Shown one piece after another: positions 8,702 to 18,817 of a stretch of DNA of 64,000 nt. Below the pieces are notes generated by a model. It was not told the DNA's origin, made no database searches, and saw only the letters and a list, made by a program, of their open reading frames with translations. Positions within the stretch are counted from its first letter, which is position 1; each line of letters starts with the position of its first letter. A program made the translations under genes and the position numbers. This stretch comes from Candidatus Saccharimonadia bacterium (GTDB taxonomy: Bacteria; Patescibacteriota; SICC01): assembly GCA_025449535.1 (NCBI GenBank), contig JANWJF010000001.1, positions 138,847-202,846 on the forward strand. Direction: 5' to 3'.

Positions 8702-11700
8702 TTAGACGGAAGCCTTCTGTACCGACAGTCCGACCACCAGCGCTTCGACAGCCTCGAGCATCTCCGGCACCTCCAGCGCCTTGCTCAAACGGTTACCGGA
8801 CGCCTGCCACCCGAGCTCGGTGGCCTTGTCCGCCTGCCAATCCCGCGGCTGATGCGCCATCTCCGCGACCACCACTTTGGCGCTGCGGTTGGTACCGGGT
8901 AACGACGTGTATCGCAGGGCGATGATTCCCGCCCGCGCACCGTCCAACCGAATCGCTTGGAGCCTGAAAAGGTGATTGACCTCATCAGGCCACTGTCCGC
9001 CCAGCTTCTGCTTGAGCCGCGCGGCGAGGTCGTCGAGCTCCTTCTTGTTGGCAGCATTGCTGACTGATTGATAGACCTGGAGTCGCTCGGTCTCTTCTTC
9101 CATCACCTCGGTCGGCACGGACGCGACCAGCGGCAGGTCGACCTCCGTCTCCAGGAACCGTTCCCCGCTCTCCAGCTCCTCGACCGCCCGGGACAGCACT
9201 TTGGAATACAACGTCAATCCGATCGCCCGGACGTTGCCGGACTGCTCCTTGCCCACCACATTGCCCGCGCCGCGGAGTTCCAGGTCCGCCAAGGCCACCT
9301 GGAACCCCGACCCGAGATCCTTGGCTTCCTTGAGACTGCGCAAACGCTCGCGGGCCATCGCGGAGAGCGAGCCGGGTTTGTAAAAGAAGAAGGCCCTGCC
9401 TTGGCGGCTGCCCCGACCGATCCGTCCACGCAGCTGGTAGCTCTGGGCCAGCCCCAGCGCCGAGACGTCGTCGACGATCATCGTGTTCGCGTTCGGCAGG
9501 TCCAGGCCGTTCTCGACGATCGTCGTGCTGACCAGGATGTCGATGTCGCCGGCCGCGAACCGGGCCATCACGTCGGCCAGGTCCTCTTCCGTCATCTGGC
9601 CGTGGCCGACGTCGACGCTCACGCCGGGATGCCGGGCCTGCAGCTCCTTGGCCGCCGCCTTGATCGTGGCCACCCGGTTATGCAGGAAGTAGACCTGTCC
9701 GCCGCGTCCCAGCTCCTCCTTGATCACGGTGTCGATCAACTGCGGGTTGTATTCCCCGATGGTCGTCTCTACGGCCCGCCGTCCGGACGGCGGCGTCTGG
9801 ATCGTCGATATCTCCCGTAGTCCGGACAACGCCAGGTTGAGCGTCCGCGGGATCGGTGTCGCCGAAAGACTCAGGACGTCCACCTGGGAACGCAGCTTCT
9901 TGAGCTGCTCCTTGTGCCGGACGCCGAAGCGTTGCTCCTCGTCGACGATCAGCATACCGAGATCGTGGAACTGCACGTCCGGACTGAGTAACCGGTGCGT
10001 GCCGATGACGATGTCGACCTTGCTTTCGCTCAGGCCCTTCAAGGTCTGGCCCTGCTCCCGCTGACTCTTGAAGCGGGACAAGCCGCCGAGCCGGAAGCCG
10101 AACTCCTTGAGCCGCTTGCCGAACGTCGCCAGATGCTGCTCCGCGAGGATCGTCGTAGGGGCCAGGACCGCGACCTGTTTGCCGGAGGCGGCCGCCTTGG
10201 CGGCGGCCCGGACCGCAACCTCGGTCTTCCCAAAGCCCACGTCTCCGGAGACTAGCCGGTCCATCGGCCGGGTGTCCTCCATGTCCGCGTAGACGTGGCT
10301 GATCGCCCGCTCCTGGTCTTCCGTCTCGTCGTAGTTGAAGGATGCCTGGAGCCGCCGTTCGACGTCCGGCTGCTTGGGGAACGAGATACCGGTGACGATC
10401 TCCCGCCGGGCGGAGACCGTCAGTAGCTCCCGCGCGAGCTTCTCCGCGGACTCCTTGACCTTGTCGCGGACGTGCTCCCAGCTCGCCGAGGACAGCCGGG
10501 TCAGCGTCACTTCTTTCGGACCCACGTACAGGTCGACCTTGTCGGCCTCGGCGACCGGCACATACAGCTTGTCTCCCTTGGCGTATTCCAGGAAGAGGTA
10601 CTCCCGCTCTACGTCACCGACCTTGCGCCGGACCAACCCGCGGAACTTACCGATGCCGTGGTCGCGGTGCGTGATCAGTTGCCCGGACTCCAGCCGGAGG
10701 TTGAGCTTGTCGGAATGCCGCTTCTTCGGCTTGGCCTTCTCGTGGATGATCTCCGCCGGCGTGAAGACGATCCACTTCATCTCCGGCACGGAGATGCCTT
10801 CGGTGATCGGCAGACGCACGTCCTCTACCCCGTCGGGCAGGTCCGCCGGGGGGCCTTCCCAACGCGCCAGTCCTACGTGCCAGCCCTCTTTCTGATACCG
10901 CTCGATCGTCCCGTGCAGCTCGCTCCGGTTGTGCGTCACGTCCGCACGCTTCCATGGCAATTGCACGACCGACTCCTCACGTTTGAATGAGAACGAGACC
11001 TGGGGCAGTCCCTGCAGATCCTCCGCCGCGTCCAGCAGGTACTCCTCACCGGCGATGTACGCCCCCGCCAGCTTTACGTAGTCGCGTAGACGGGCGACGC
11101 CCTTCGGGTCCGCGACCGACGCCGGGAAGAGCCGGAGGTGCGGCAGGTCGACCGTATGGGATGACTCGATGCGCTTGATGGACTCGATCGAGTCCCCGAA
11201 CCACTCGACCTGGTGCGGGTACCGATCCCCAACCCCCCAGACCTTCACCGTGCCGCCGACCCGGTGGAACGTGCCGATCCGTTCCAGATCGGGATCGCTG
11301 TCATAGCCCGCATCGACCAGGGCCTTCGCCACCTCGTCCGGGCTGGCATCCTGACCCTTGCTGTACGTCTTGGTGAGCGTGTCGTACCGACGGACACCGA
11401 TCAACGGGACGGACAGCAGGTCCGGCGGCACCAGATGCAGACCGGACTTGTTACCGAGGATCTGGGCGACCCCCGCCGCGACCTCGAGCGAGTCGCCGGA
11501 GACCTCGCGCGGCCACGGGACCGCGATGCCGGGAGCGAAGAGGTGCTCGGACGTGATCACTACGAACGGCTTGCCGACCTTGCGTGCCAGGGCCAGGAGC
11601 AGGAACTCCCGGACGCCCCGGCTGGTATCCGACACGCGCAACCTGCCCTCGGTCAGGCGCCTGGCGTATTCCTCGATCTCCGGCTGCTCGAGCGCCTTCG

Positions 11701-11722
11701 CGAAGAAGCTCCCGTTAGACAT
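8702..11722 (-). CDS. mfd: transcription-repair coupling factor
   Basis: 1006 aa; UvrB-like N-terminus, RNAP-interaction region, superfamily 2 helicase motifs (GDVGFGKTEVA, DEEQRFG), TRG motif. Confidence 0.95.
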   Translation of the reverse strand: MSNGSFFAKALEQPEIEEYARRLTEGRLRVSDTSRGVREFLLLALARKVGKPFVVITSEHLFAPGIAVPWPREVSGDSLEVAAGVAQILGNKSGLHLVPPDLLSVPLIGVRRYDTLTKTYSKGQDASPDEVAKALVDAGYDSDPDLERIGTFHRVGGTVKVWGVGDRYPHQVEWFGDSIESIKRIESSHTVDLPHLRLFPASVADPKGVARLRDYVKLAGAYIAGEEYLLDAAEDLQGLPQVSFSFKREESVVQLPWKRADVTHNRSELHGTIERYQKEGWHVGLARWEGPPADLPDGVEDVRLPITEGISVPEMKWIVFTPAEIIHEKAKPKKRHSDKLNLRLESGQLITHRDHGIGKFRGLVRRKVGDVEREYLFLEYAKGDKLYVPVAEADKVDLYVGPKEVTLTRLSSASWEHVRDKVKESAEKLARELLTVSARREIVTGISFPKQPDVERRLQASFNYDETEDQERAISHVYADMEDTRPMDRLVSGDVGFGKTEVAVRAAAKAAASGKQVAVLAPTTILAEQHLATFGKRLKEFGFRLGGLSRFKSQREQGQTLKGLSESKVDIVIGTHRLLSPDVQFHDLGMLIVDEEQRFGVRHKEQLKKLRSQVDVLSLSATPIPRTLNLALSGLREISTIQTPPSGRRAVETTIGEYNPQLIDTVIKEELGRGGQVYFLHNRVATIKAAAKELQARHPGVSVDVGHGQMTEEDLADVMARFAAGDIDILVSTTIVENGLDLPNANTMIVDDVSALGLAQSYQLRGRIGRGSRQGRAFFFYKPGSLSAMARERLRSLKEAKDLGSGFQVALADLELRGAGNVVGKEQSGNVRAIGLTLYSKVLSRAVEELESGERFLETEVDLPLVASVPTEVMEEETERLQVYQSVSNAANKKELDDLAARLKQKLGGQWPDEVNHLFRLQAIRLDGARAGIIALRYTSLPGTNRSAKVVVAEMAHQPRDWQADKATELGWQASGNRLSKALEVPEMLEAVEALVVGLSVQKASV

Positions 11723-12251
11723 CGAGCCATTCCTTGGCCTGGTCGGCCGCGTCGGTCACCACCCTGGGCAGGTCGTCCGCCTGGTCGGGGTCGAACGGCG
11801 ACAGCACGAAGTCCGTGGCATCCCGGCCTTCCGGCGGTCGCCCGATGCCGACCCGCAGGCGAGCGAAGTCCTCCGTCCCCATGGCGGTGATGACGCTATC
11901 CATACCTTTGTGGCCGGCCGACCCGCCGCCCGGGCGGAGCTTCACCGTGCCGAACGGCAGGTCCAGCTCGTCCGTGACGACGAGCAGCCGGTCGATCGGG
12001 ATCTTGTAGTAGTCCATGACCCGGCGGACCTCCGGTCCCGACCCGTTCATGAACGTGGTCGGTTTGACGAACAGGATGTCGTCGCTGCGCCACTGGTCCG
12101 AAGGCCTGCGGTCATCAGCCTCGTGCACCTGCTCCGCTCCGAGCGACCGGACCAGGGCGTCGACCACCTGCCAGCCCGCGTTGTGCCTCGTGCGCTCGTA
12201 CTTCGAACCCGGGTTACCCAGGCCGACGACCAGCGTCCAAGCGGCGCTCAT
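11715..12251 (-). CDS. pth: peptidyl-tRNA hydrolase
   Basis: VVGLGNPGSKYERTRHNAGW N-terminal signature; overlaps mfd start and der stop. Confidence 0.9.
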   Translation of the reverse strand: MSAAWTLVVGLGNPGSKYERTRHNAGWQVVDALVRSLGAEQVHEADDRRPSDQWRSDDILFVKPTTFMNGSGPEVRRVMDYYKIPIDRLLVVTDELDLPFGTVKLRPGGGSAGHKGMDSVITAMGTEDFARLRVGIGRPPEGRDATDFVLSPFDPDQADDLPRVVTDAADQAKEWLDV

Positions 12252-13555
12252 ACCCGCTCCTTCGATTCACTCTTGCGGAACTCCAGCTTCGGCGCCACGC
12301 CGTACAGCTCGAACTCGTCGCGCAGCACGCCGGCCAGGTGGCGCCGCTGGTCCTCGCCCCATAGCGCAGGTTGGTTCACGAACACGACGAAGGTCGGCGG
12401 CAACGTACCTACCTGGGTCAGATAGTAGAGCCGGGCCTTCCGCCGCCCCCCCACGTACTCCTCGAGCTTGGTGCGAATCAGCTTATTGAGCTGCGGCGTA
12501 CCCACGCGGGTCCCCGCGGCGGCATAGACGTCTTCCACCGCCCGCAGGATCCGGTCGGTCTTCTCGCCGGTCAGGGCGGAGACGAACACGACCGGCGGCG
12601 AGGGCAGGAACGGCAGCCTCTTTCGCAGCTTCGCGAAGAAGCGCTCCTGGATATCCGGCGCCTTCTCGACCAGGTCCCATTTATTGACGGCGATCACCAG
12701 TCCGGTGCCGGAATCCAGGATGTGCGCCGCGATGTGCGCATCCTGCAGGGTCGGACCTTCCTCCGCGTCCACCAGCAGCACCGCCACCTCCGAGTTGGCG
12801 ATCGCTCGCAGTGTGCGGAGCAGGCTCCAATAGGGAATGCCCGAACTGCGCGCACCGCGCCGGGCCATCCCGGCGGTATCGATCAGGCGCCAGGCGCGTT
12901 GCGGGGTCTTGAGCAAGCGTTCCGTGGTATCGCGGGTCGTATGCGGTTCCGCGCTGGTCACCGCGACGTCGCCGCTCAGCCGGTTCACGAGCGTCGATTT
13001 ACCTGCGTTCGGTCGACCGACGACCGTGAACGCAGGCGGGCGGGCCGCCTCAGGACGGCCGCCACGACCGATCGTCCCGACGATGCGGTCCAGCAGGTCG
13101 CCGGTACCCTTGCCATGCAAGGCGGATATCGCGATCGAATCGAAACCGAGCCGGTCGAACTCGCCGGCCGGAGCCACACCTTGGTCCGCCTTGTTGACCA
13201 CCAGGAGGACCCGCTTCGAGCGCTTACGGACCGCGGCGGCGACCTCGCGATCCTCGCCGGTCAGGCCGTCCCGGGCGGAGACGGCCAACAGGACCAAGTC
13301 GGCCTCCGTGATGGCCGCGTGTACCTGTTCGTTGACGGCGCGTTCCAACCGCCCGTCGTCCGCGGTCAGGCCGCCGGTGTCGATGACCGTGAAAGCGTCG
13401 CCCTGCCATTCCGCCTCGCCGTACACCCGGTCGCGGGTGGTGCCGGGCACATCGGCCGTGATCGCCCGCCGCTGGCCCACCAGACGGTTGAACAGCGTCG
13501 ATTTACCGACGTTAGGTCGGCCGACGATCGCGACGATTGACTGTGACGTGGACAT
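12248..13555 (-). CDS. der: ribosome-associated GTPase Der/EngA
   Basis: two tandem GTPase domains (GRPNVGKSTLFN, GRPNAGKSTLVN) plus KH-like C-terminus; start trimmed to internal ATG (MSTSQSIVAIVG), 33 codons inside the track ORF. Confidence 0.9.
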   Translation of the reverse strand: MSTSQSIVAIVGRPNVGKSTLFNRLVGQRRAITADVPGTTRDRVYGEAEWQGDAFTVIDTGGLTADDGRLERAVNEQVHAAITEADLVLLAVSARDGLTGEDREVAAAVRKRSKRVLLVVNKADQGVAPAGEFDRLGFDSIAISALHGKGTGDLLDRIVGTIGRGGRPEAARPPAFTVVGRPNAGKSTLVNRLSGDVAVTSAEPHTTRDTTERLLKTPQRAWRLIDTAGMARRGARSSGIPYWSLLRTLRAIANSEVAVLLVDAEEGPTLQDAHIAAHILDSGTGLVIAVNKWDLVEKAPDIQERFFAKLRKRLPFLPSPPVVFVSALTGEKTDRILRAVEDVYAAAGTRVGTPQLNKLIRTKLEEYVGGRRKARLYYLTQVGTLPPTFVVFVNQPALWGEDQRRHLAGVLRDEFELYGVAPKLEFRKSESKERV

Positions 13556-13694
13556 CTGGATACGGGTTGTACGGACAGTACGAGCGGGGCCATGGCGGCC
13601 CGCTGGTGCGTACGATCTGAGGCGTCGGTCGGCTTTCAGTACCGTCTGACCCAATCATTCTACGGGCGGATAGTCCCGTAAGCAAGGCTTTTTC

Positions 13695-14624
13695 TTACCA
13701 CCGAAAGGATCGTAACGACCAGTCCAGCATCGCCTTGTTCTCCTGGAACCGGTCCGGCGAGTTCAGTACCACCGCGACCAGGCGGCGCCTGCCGTCATCA
13801 AGCACGCTGACCAGGGACGGTCCGGCGGCGTCGGAGGTCCCGGTCTTCAGACCGGCGATCGGCAGGTATGAATCCAGCAGCAGGTCGGTCGTGAAGAGCC
13901 GGTACTCGGTCCGTTCCGGATCGGGGTTCTCCGGCGAGGGCTTCCGCGCATTCAGCGCCTTGACCGTCCGTTCAGGGTCCTTTGCCAGGCTGCGGATCTC
14001 GGGCCGCTGGAGGGCCGCCCGGGTCAAGATCACCAGGTCCCGCGCGGAGCTGACGTTCTCTCCGTTGCCGTACCCGCTGGCGTTCTCGAAACGGGTGTCG
14101 CGCATGCCGAGCTCCTCGGCCCGCCGGTTCATGAGCTCTACGAACTTCTTCTCGGAGCCGGCGGCGGCGATGGCCAGGGTCTCGGCGGCGTCGTTGCCAG
14201 AGACGATCATCGCCCCGGCCAGGAGGTCGACCGCGTACAGCCGGTCCCCTTCCTGCAGCCCCATCAGCGACTCCTCGGGACCGTTGTCGAGCTTCGGCAC
14301 GACCACCTCCTGCTCCGGACGCAGCTCTTCCGTAGCCAGCAACGCGGTCATCAGCTTCGTGATGCTGGCGATCGGACGTTTCGCCGCGGCGTCCTTCTCG
14401 AATAGCTCCGCACCGCTTTCCAGGTCGGTCACCAACGCGCTCTTAGCCTGGACGACGGGAGAGACCGCCGAATGGCGCTTTTCGGGGAATGGATACGCCG
14501 GAGGCGCCTCGATGTCCCGGTCGGGGGCGGCCACCGCCGGAGGACGGTCCGGCACTACACCCGGTACGACGCTGCCTGTGAGAATCAGGGTCGCCAAGGC
14601 GGCCTGGGCCAACCAATCCATCAT
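13695..14624 (-). CDS. D-alanyl-D-alanine carboxypeptidase (S11, PBP5/6-like)
   Basis: signal peptide; SITK (SxxK), SGN and KTG motifs. Confidence 0.85.
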   Translation of the reverse strand: MMDWLAQAALATLILTGSVVPGVVPDRPPAVAAPDRDIEAPPAYPFPEKRHSAVSPVVQAKSALVTDLESGAELFEKDAAAKRPIASITKLMTALLATEELRPEQEVVVPKLDNGPEESLMGLQEGDRLYAVDLLAGAMIVSGNDAAETLAIAAAGSEKKFVELMNRRAEELGMRDTRFENASGYGNGENVSSARDLVILTRAALQRPEIRSLAKDPERTVKALNARKPSPENPDPERTEYRLFTTDLLLDSYLPIAGLKTGTSDAAGPSLVSVLDDGRRRLVAVVLNSPDRFQENKAMLDWSLRSFRW

Positions 14625-15160
14625 TCCTCCCGGGTGGCGGTCAGACGCGCCTCAAGCTCCTCGGGCACCGGCGGCAAATCCTCCTTGCTACTGACTCCCA
14701 GATGCTTGAGCAGCTCGATCGTGGTGTCATAGAGGATCGGACGACCCGGTTCCTGCTTGCGCCCCACCTCTCCGATCAGGCCGCGGACTGCCAGGGTTCG
14801 GAGCGGCGCCGACGACTGTACGCCACGGATCGAGTCCACTTCCGGCCGGGTCACCGGGCCTCGATACGCGATGATCGCGAGGGTCTCCAGGGCGCCCTTG
14901 GATAACCGGCCACGTAACTCCTGCTTGAGGAACCGTCCCACGAGCGCGTCGGTCTCCGGCGCCGTGACCAGTTGCGCCTCCTGCTCTCCGATGACCAGGC
15001 GAATTCCGCGGCCCGCATAGGCGGCGCGTATCTCGACCAGCAGCTTCTTCACCCGGGGACGCGGCAAGTCGACGAGCGTCGCGAGGTCGGAGAACCGCAC
15101 CGGCTCGCCGGCCGCGAACAGGATGCTTTCGATGGCGTGCTGGGGATTCAGGCCGGACAC
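14621..15160 (-). CDS. scpB: segregation and condensation protein B
   Basis: tandem winged-helix ScpB signature (ESILFAAGEPV...ETLAIIAYRGPVTRPEVDSIRGV); track ORF N-terminus overlaps scpA in another frame, so start moved to the GTG at VSGLNPQ (approximate). Confidence 0.8.
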   Translation of the reverse strand: MSGLNPQHAIESILFAAGEPVRFSDLATLVDLPRPRVKKLLVEIRAAYAGRGIRLVIGEQEAQLVTAPETDALVGRFLKQELRGRLSKGALETLAIIAYRGPVTRPEVDSIRGVQSSAPLRTLAVRGLIGEVGRKQEPGRPILYDTTIELLKHLGVSSKEDLPPVPEELEARLTATREE

Positions 15161-15870
15161 AGCGTCAGCTCCTTTTCCTGCTTCACGGTCAACGCGCTTT
15201 GCTTGATCAGTTCCAGCACGGCCAGGAACGTCACGATCATGCGTACCCGGCTGCGGACGTCGCGGAACAACGACGCGAACCCGACCGGCCCAACGGTCAG
15301 TCGGTCCCGCACCTCCGCGATACACTCATCGATGGTGACCTTGTCGTCGAGCGTTTTCTCAGGCAATTGCTGCGACTTCGGAAGCGCCTCGAGTACTTGT
15401 CTGAAGGAATCCGTCAAAGCAGCCAACGTGACGCCGTCGGCGATCATCTCTTTGGGCGGGTCGATCGGGAACGGCGGTTTACCAACGCTTGCTCCCCGTT
15501 CCGCCATCTGGTCCTTCAGGGATCCGGCCAGCTCTTTGTATAGCTTGTACTCGGCCAACCGCGCGGCGAGATCGTCAGGCTCCTCTTCTTCCACTTCCTC
15601 TCCCGGCAGTAAGGCGCGGGACTTGAGCACCACCAGCCGGGCGGCGATCACCAGGTAGTCCGAGATTTCCGAGAGGTTCTCGCCTGTCAGCCCGCGGACC
15701 CGGGCCAGGTACTGGTCGGTCACTTCCGCCAGCGAGATGGAGGTTATCTCCAGCTGCCGTTCTTCGATCAGCTGTAGCAACAGGTCAAGCGGTCCCTCGA
15801 ACTCATGTTGCCTGATAGTGAAGCCGGATATCGGTTTTTGTGTATCTTCAGCCGAATTCATTGCCCTCAT
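15148..15870 (-). CDS. scpA: segregation and condensation protein A
   Basis: kleisin family signature (FEGPLDLLLQLIEERQLEITSISLAEVTDQYL). Confidence 0.85.
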   Translation of the reverse strand: MRAMNSAEDTQKPISGFTIRQHEFEGPLDLLLQLIEERQLEITSISLAEVTDQYLARVRGLTGENLSEISDYLVIAARLVVLKSRALLPGEEVEEEEPDDLAARLAEYKLYKELAGSLKDQMAERGASVGKPPFPIDPPKEMIADGVTLAALTDSFRQVLEALPKSQQLPEKTLDDKVTIDECIAEVRDRLTVGPVGFASLFRDVRSRVRMIVTFLAVLELIKQSALTVKQEKELTLCPA

Positions 15871-15876
15871 GATACC

Positions 15877-17211
15877 TCAGGCGACCAGGTCCTGGGCGGC
15901 CTCCAGGCGCGAGACCGTCTCGGACTTGCCGAGTACCTCGAACACGTCCCAGAGTGGCGGGGTGCGATCCGCGTCGGTGACCACGATCCGGAGCACGGGA
16001 AACAGCTGCTTCGGCTCTAGATCGAGTTCGTCACGGACGTCGTTCAGCGTCCGCTCGATCCGGTCCGACTTCCATTCCGCTTCCGGCAGCTTCGTCAGGT
16101 CCCGCAGTACCCGCTCCAGCCAGACGCCGACCGTCTCCGGGTTCTCCTTCCCGACCAGGCGATCCACCGCAACCTTCGGTGCCTCGTAGAAGTAGCCTGT
16201 CCGGATATCCCGCAGCTCGGCAAGCGTGCGAACGCGATCCGTGGCCAACCCGAGTACGCGCTCGTCGTACGCACGATCGCGGCCCGGCTCCCAGAACCCT
16301 CCGGTCGCCGCCCGCTCCAACAGGTCTCCGGGTGCCAACGCCTTGATGTGCTCCCCGTTCAGCCAAGCCAGCTTTTCGGGGTCGAACACGCCAGGTGAAC
16401 GCTGCACCTTTGACAGATCGAAGGCCTCCCGTAGCTCGTCGAGCGAAGCGAAGAACTCCCGATCGTCTCCGGGATTCCAACCGATCAGGGCGATGAAGTT
16501 CGCCAAGGCTTCCGGCAGGTACCCCTCGGCCCGGTAGTCCAGCACGTCCTGGGCGCCGTGGCGCTTGGAAAGCTTCGCCTTGTCCGACCCGAGGATCGGC
16601 GGCACGTGGTAGAAGCGCGGTAGCGCATCCGCCCTCCCGAGCGCCTGGTAGATCGCATAGTACTTGTGCAGGCTTGAGGTGAACTCATCCCCCCGGATCA
16701 CGTCCGTCACGCCGGTTTCCAGATCATCGATGATGTGCGCGAAATTATACGTCGGATAGCCGTCCGACTTGATCAAGACGAACTCTTCGAACGCCGAGGC
16801 GACGGTCTGCGGATCGACCATGATCTTCTGCCGCCCCTGGAACGGCTCGATAGCCACAGGCCGGAGTGGCTCCGGCCACTTGAACCGGATGACCGTACCT
16901 TCCTTTTCCGCGGATTCCCGGGCGAACCCGGCCTCGACCAGGCGCTTTGCCTGCTTGCGATACTCGTCGATCCGTTCCGACTGGCGCAAGACGGTATCGT
17001 GCCAATCCAAACCGAGCCACTCCAGCGACTCTTTGATCTGGTCTTCGGCATCTTCGACCAGCCGCTTGCGGTCGGTGTCCTCGATCCGCAAGCGGAACTC
17101 GCCGCCGTCCTTCTTCGCCCACAACCAGGCAAACAGCGCGGTGCGAGCCCCGCCAACGTGGAGGTACCCCGTCGGGGACGGGGCGAACCGTGTGATGACT
17201 TTCTCGGCCAT
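15877..17211 (-). CDS. gltX: glutamate--tRNA ligase
   Basis: class I HIGH motif (PSPTGYLHVGG) and KLSKR (KMSKS) motif. Confidence 0.95.
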   Translation of the reverse strand: MAEKVITRFAPSPTGYLHVGGARTALFAWLWAKKDGGEFRLRIEDTDRKRLVEDAEDQIKESLEWLGLDWHDTVLRQSERIDEYRKQAKRLVEAGFARESAEKEGTVIRFKWPEPLRPVAIEPFQGRQKIMVDPQTVASAFEEFVLIKSDGYPTYNFAHIIDDLETGVTDVIRGDEFTSSLHKYYAIYQALGRADALPRFYHVPPILGSDKAKLSKRHGAQDVLDYRAEGYLPEALANFIALIGWNPGDDREFFASLDELREAFDLSKVQRSPGVFDPEKLAWLNGEHIKALAPGDLLERAATGGFWEPGRDRAYDERVLGLATDRVRTLAELRDIRTGYFYEAPKVAVDRLVGKENPETVGVWLERVLRDLTKLPEAEWKSDRIERTLNDVRDELDLEPKQLFPVLRIVVTDADRTPPLWDVFEVLGKSETVSRLEAAQDLVA

Positions 17212-17247
17212 GCGTCCAGTATACGGACTCAGGCTGCCGGTCGAATA

Positions 17248-17925
17248 CTATTCATCATCACGGCCAGAGCCTGCTTCCTCTTTTTTTCTTGAAACCCCTC
17301 GGTGCGCTTCTATAACGGACTCCTGCAGTGTCACTTCCGGCCTCCGCCTTACGGGCCATTTGGCCGATGCAACATGGAGCTCTAATGACCGGCCCTTAAC
17401 GACTCGTTCGCTCGCTCGTTCCCGTAGCCGTTTGATTACCCCGTCATCCTCATCGTCGACGTCATCCGGATGGTCGTCGATCCTGACTACAACGAACTCG
17501 TCTCCACTAACCCTGACAATATAATCGCTACTACGTCGAAACGTTTCCTGAAGTTCCTCGACTACCGCCAGTATGGCCTCGTCGCCCACCTCATGGTCGT
17601 AACGGTCGTTGAACCACTTGAGCCCACGGATGTCGATCGAGTCTATGCGCAAAGGAATGAGACGACCGGAACGATCGAGCATCTCGTTCAATCGATCCGT
17701 GTATTCGGCAAATGCACGCAGATTCGGTAATCCAGTCAGGACATCCTCCCTGCTCTCTTCCTTCCATCGCTCAAGAAGTTCCACCCCTTCTTCCCGGGAA
17801 ATTTCCCCCGACAGGATACCGTCGACAACGTCCTCGGCCGTCGGCCGGGTAACCTCCGCCCTGACTTCCGAGAAGAACTCAGCATAGGGCTCTTCGGCAC
17901 TTCCATCTGGTAGCTTACTGGCCAT
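17248..17925 (-). CDS. stand-alone GGDEF-domain protein with SGDEF active-site variant
   Basis: LTGLPNLRAF ... FNDRYDHEVGDEAIL ... RVSGDEFVVV matches the diguanylate cyclase domain; no sensor domain. Confidence 0.7.
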   Translation of the reverse strand: MASKLPDGSAEEPYAEFFSEVRAEVTRPTAEDVVDGILSGEISREEGVELLERWKEESREDVLTGLPNLRAFAEYTDRLNEMLDRSGRLIPLRIDSIDIRGLKWFNDRYDHEVGDEAILAVVEELQETFRRSSDYIVRVSGDEFVVVRIDDHPDDVDDEDDGVIKRLRERASERVVKGRSLELHVASAKWPVRRRPEVTLQESVIEAHRGVSRKKEEAGSGRDDE

Positions 17926-17956
17926 AGTAAAATTGGCCTAGTATAGCTAAAAAAGA

Positions 17957-18817
17957 CTACTTTGTCAAGACGCGTTTGGCCTGAATCACCGCCCACACGA
18001 ACGCAGGCAACGCGGTCATGATCCGCCTCCACCGGGACGGCTGCGTGAGCAAGCGCCAGAGCCATTCGAGGCCGTGTCCGCGCACCGCCTTGGGCGGCGG
18101 CTTGGCGGTTTCCCCGCCCCCGGTGAGCGAGCTGCCACCGCCAAGGTAGTCGAGCGTGCCGCCGACCCCCATCGCGACCAATGGCTTCGGCAGCTTGGGC
18201 AGGTTCCGCTTGACCCATTCCTCCTGCGTCGGAGCGCCGTACGCCACGAGCAGTACTTGCGGACCGTCCCGCTTGATGCGCCGCCGGATGTCCGCCTCAT
18301 GTCGTCGGTGCGGATCGGCGTCGTCCGCCGTCACGCGCAACGCGGGAAACCGCTGCTTCAGCTCCGCGGCCGCGGCGGCCGCCACGCCGGGTGCTCCGCC
18401 AAGTAGGTACAGGCCGTAGCCGAACTCCTCGCACATGCCGGCCAGGTCGACGGAAAGTTCCGACCCCGGTATGACGTCCGGCAGCGTCCGCTTGACCGAC
18501 TGCGGCTGCACGAACGCCCACGAGCCGGTCCGCAACGCGCGAAGATAGACACGAATGCCCTTCAAAGGCCCTCGAAAGGACGCTCCCAGGAAGTACGCGC
18601 CCCAAGCAACGCCGATGGCGTCCGCGACGCGCCAGTCGGCGCCGTTGATCAATGCCCGATGCCTGGCGCTGCGGCGTGCGCTCATGACCATCTCCGTCGT
18701 CACGGTAACGACCTGCTGCCGCTTGCCCGCCTCGATCGCTTCCCGCAACGCGACCAGCAGTTCCGGCTCCGTCATCGGGTCGACTCGGACACCGAGTACG
18801 TCGACGGGGTCCTTCAT
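17957..18817 (-). CDS. WecB/TagA/CpsF-family glycosyltransferase
   Basis: family signature incl. GLEWLWRL; start trimmed to internal ATG giving a 4-nt ATGA overlap with the upstream GT4 stop. Confidence 0.8.
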   Translation of the reverse strand: MKDPVDVLGVRVDPMTEPELLVALREAIEAGKRQQVVTVTTEMVMSARRSARHRALINGADWRVADAIGVAWGAYFLGASFRGPLKGIRVYLRALRTGSWAFVQPQSVKRTLPDVIPGSELSVDLAGMCEEFGYGLYLLGGAPGVAAAAAAELKQRFPALRVTADDADPHRRHEADIRRRIKRDGPQVLLVAYGAPTQEEWVKRNLPKLPKPLVAMGVGGTLDYLGGGSSLTGGGETAKPPPKAVRGHGLEWLWRLLTQPSRWRRIMTALPAFVWAVIQAKRVLTK

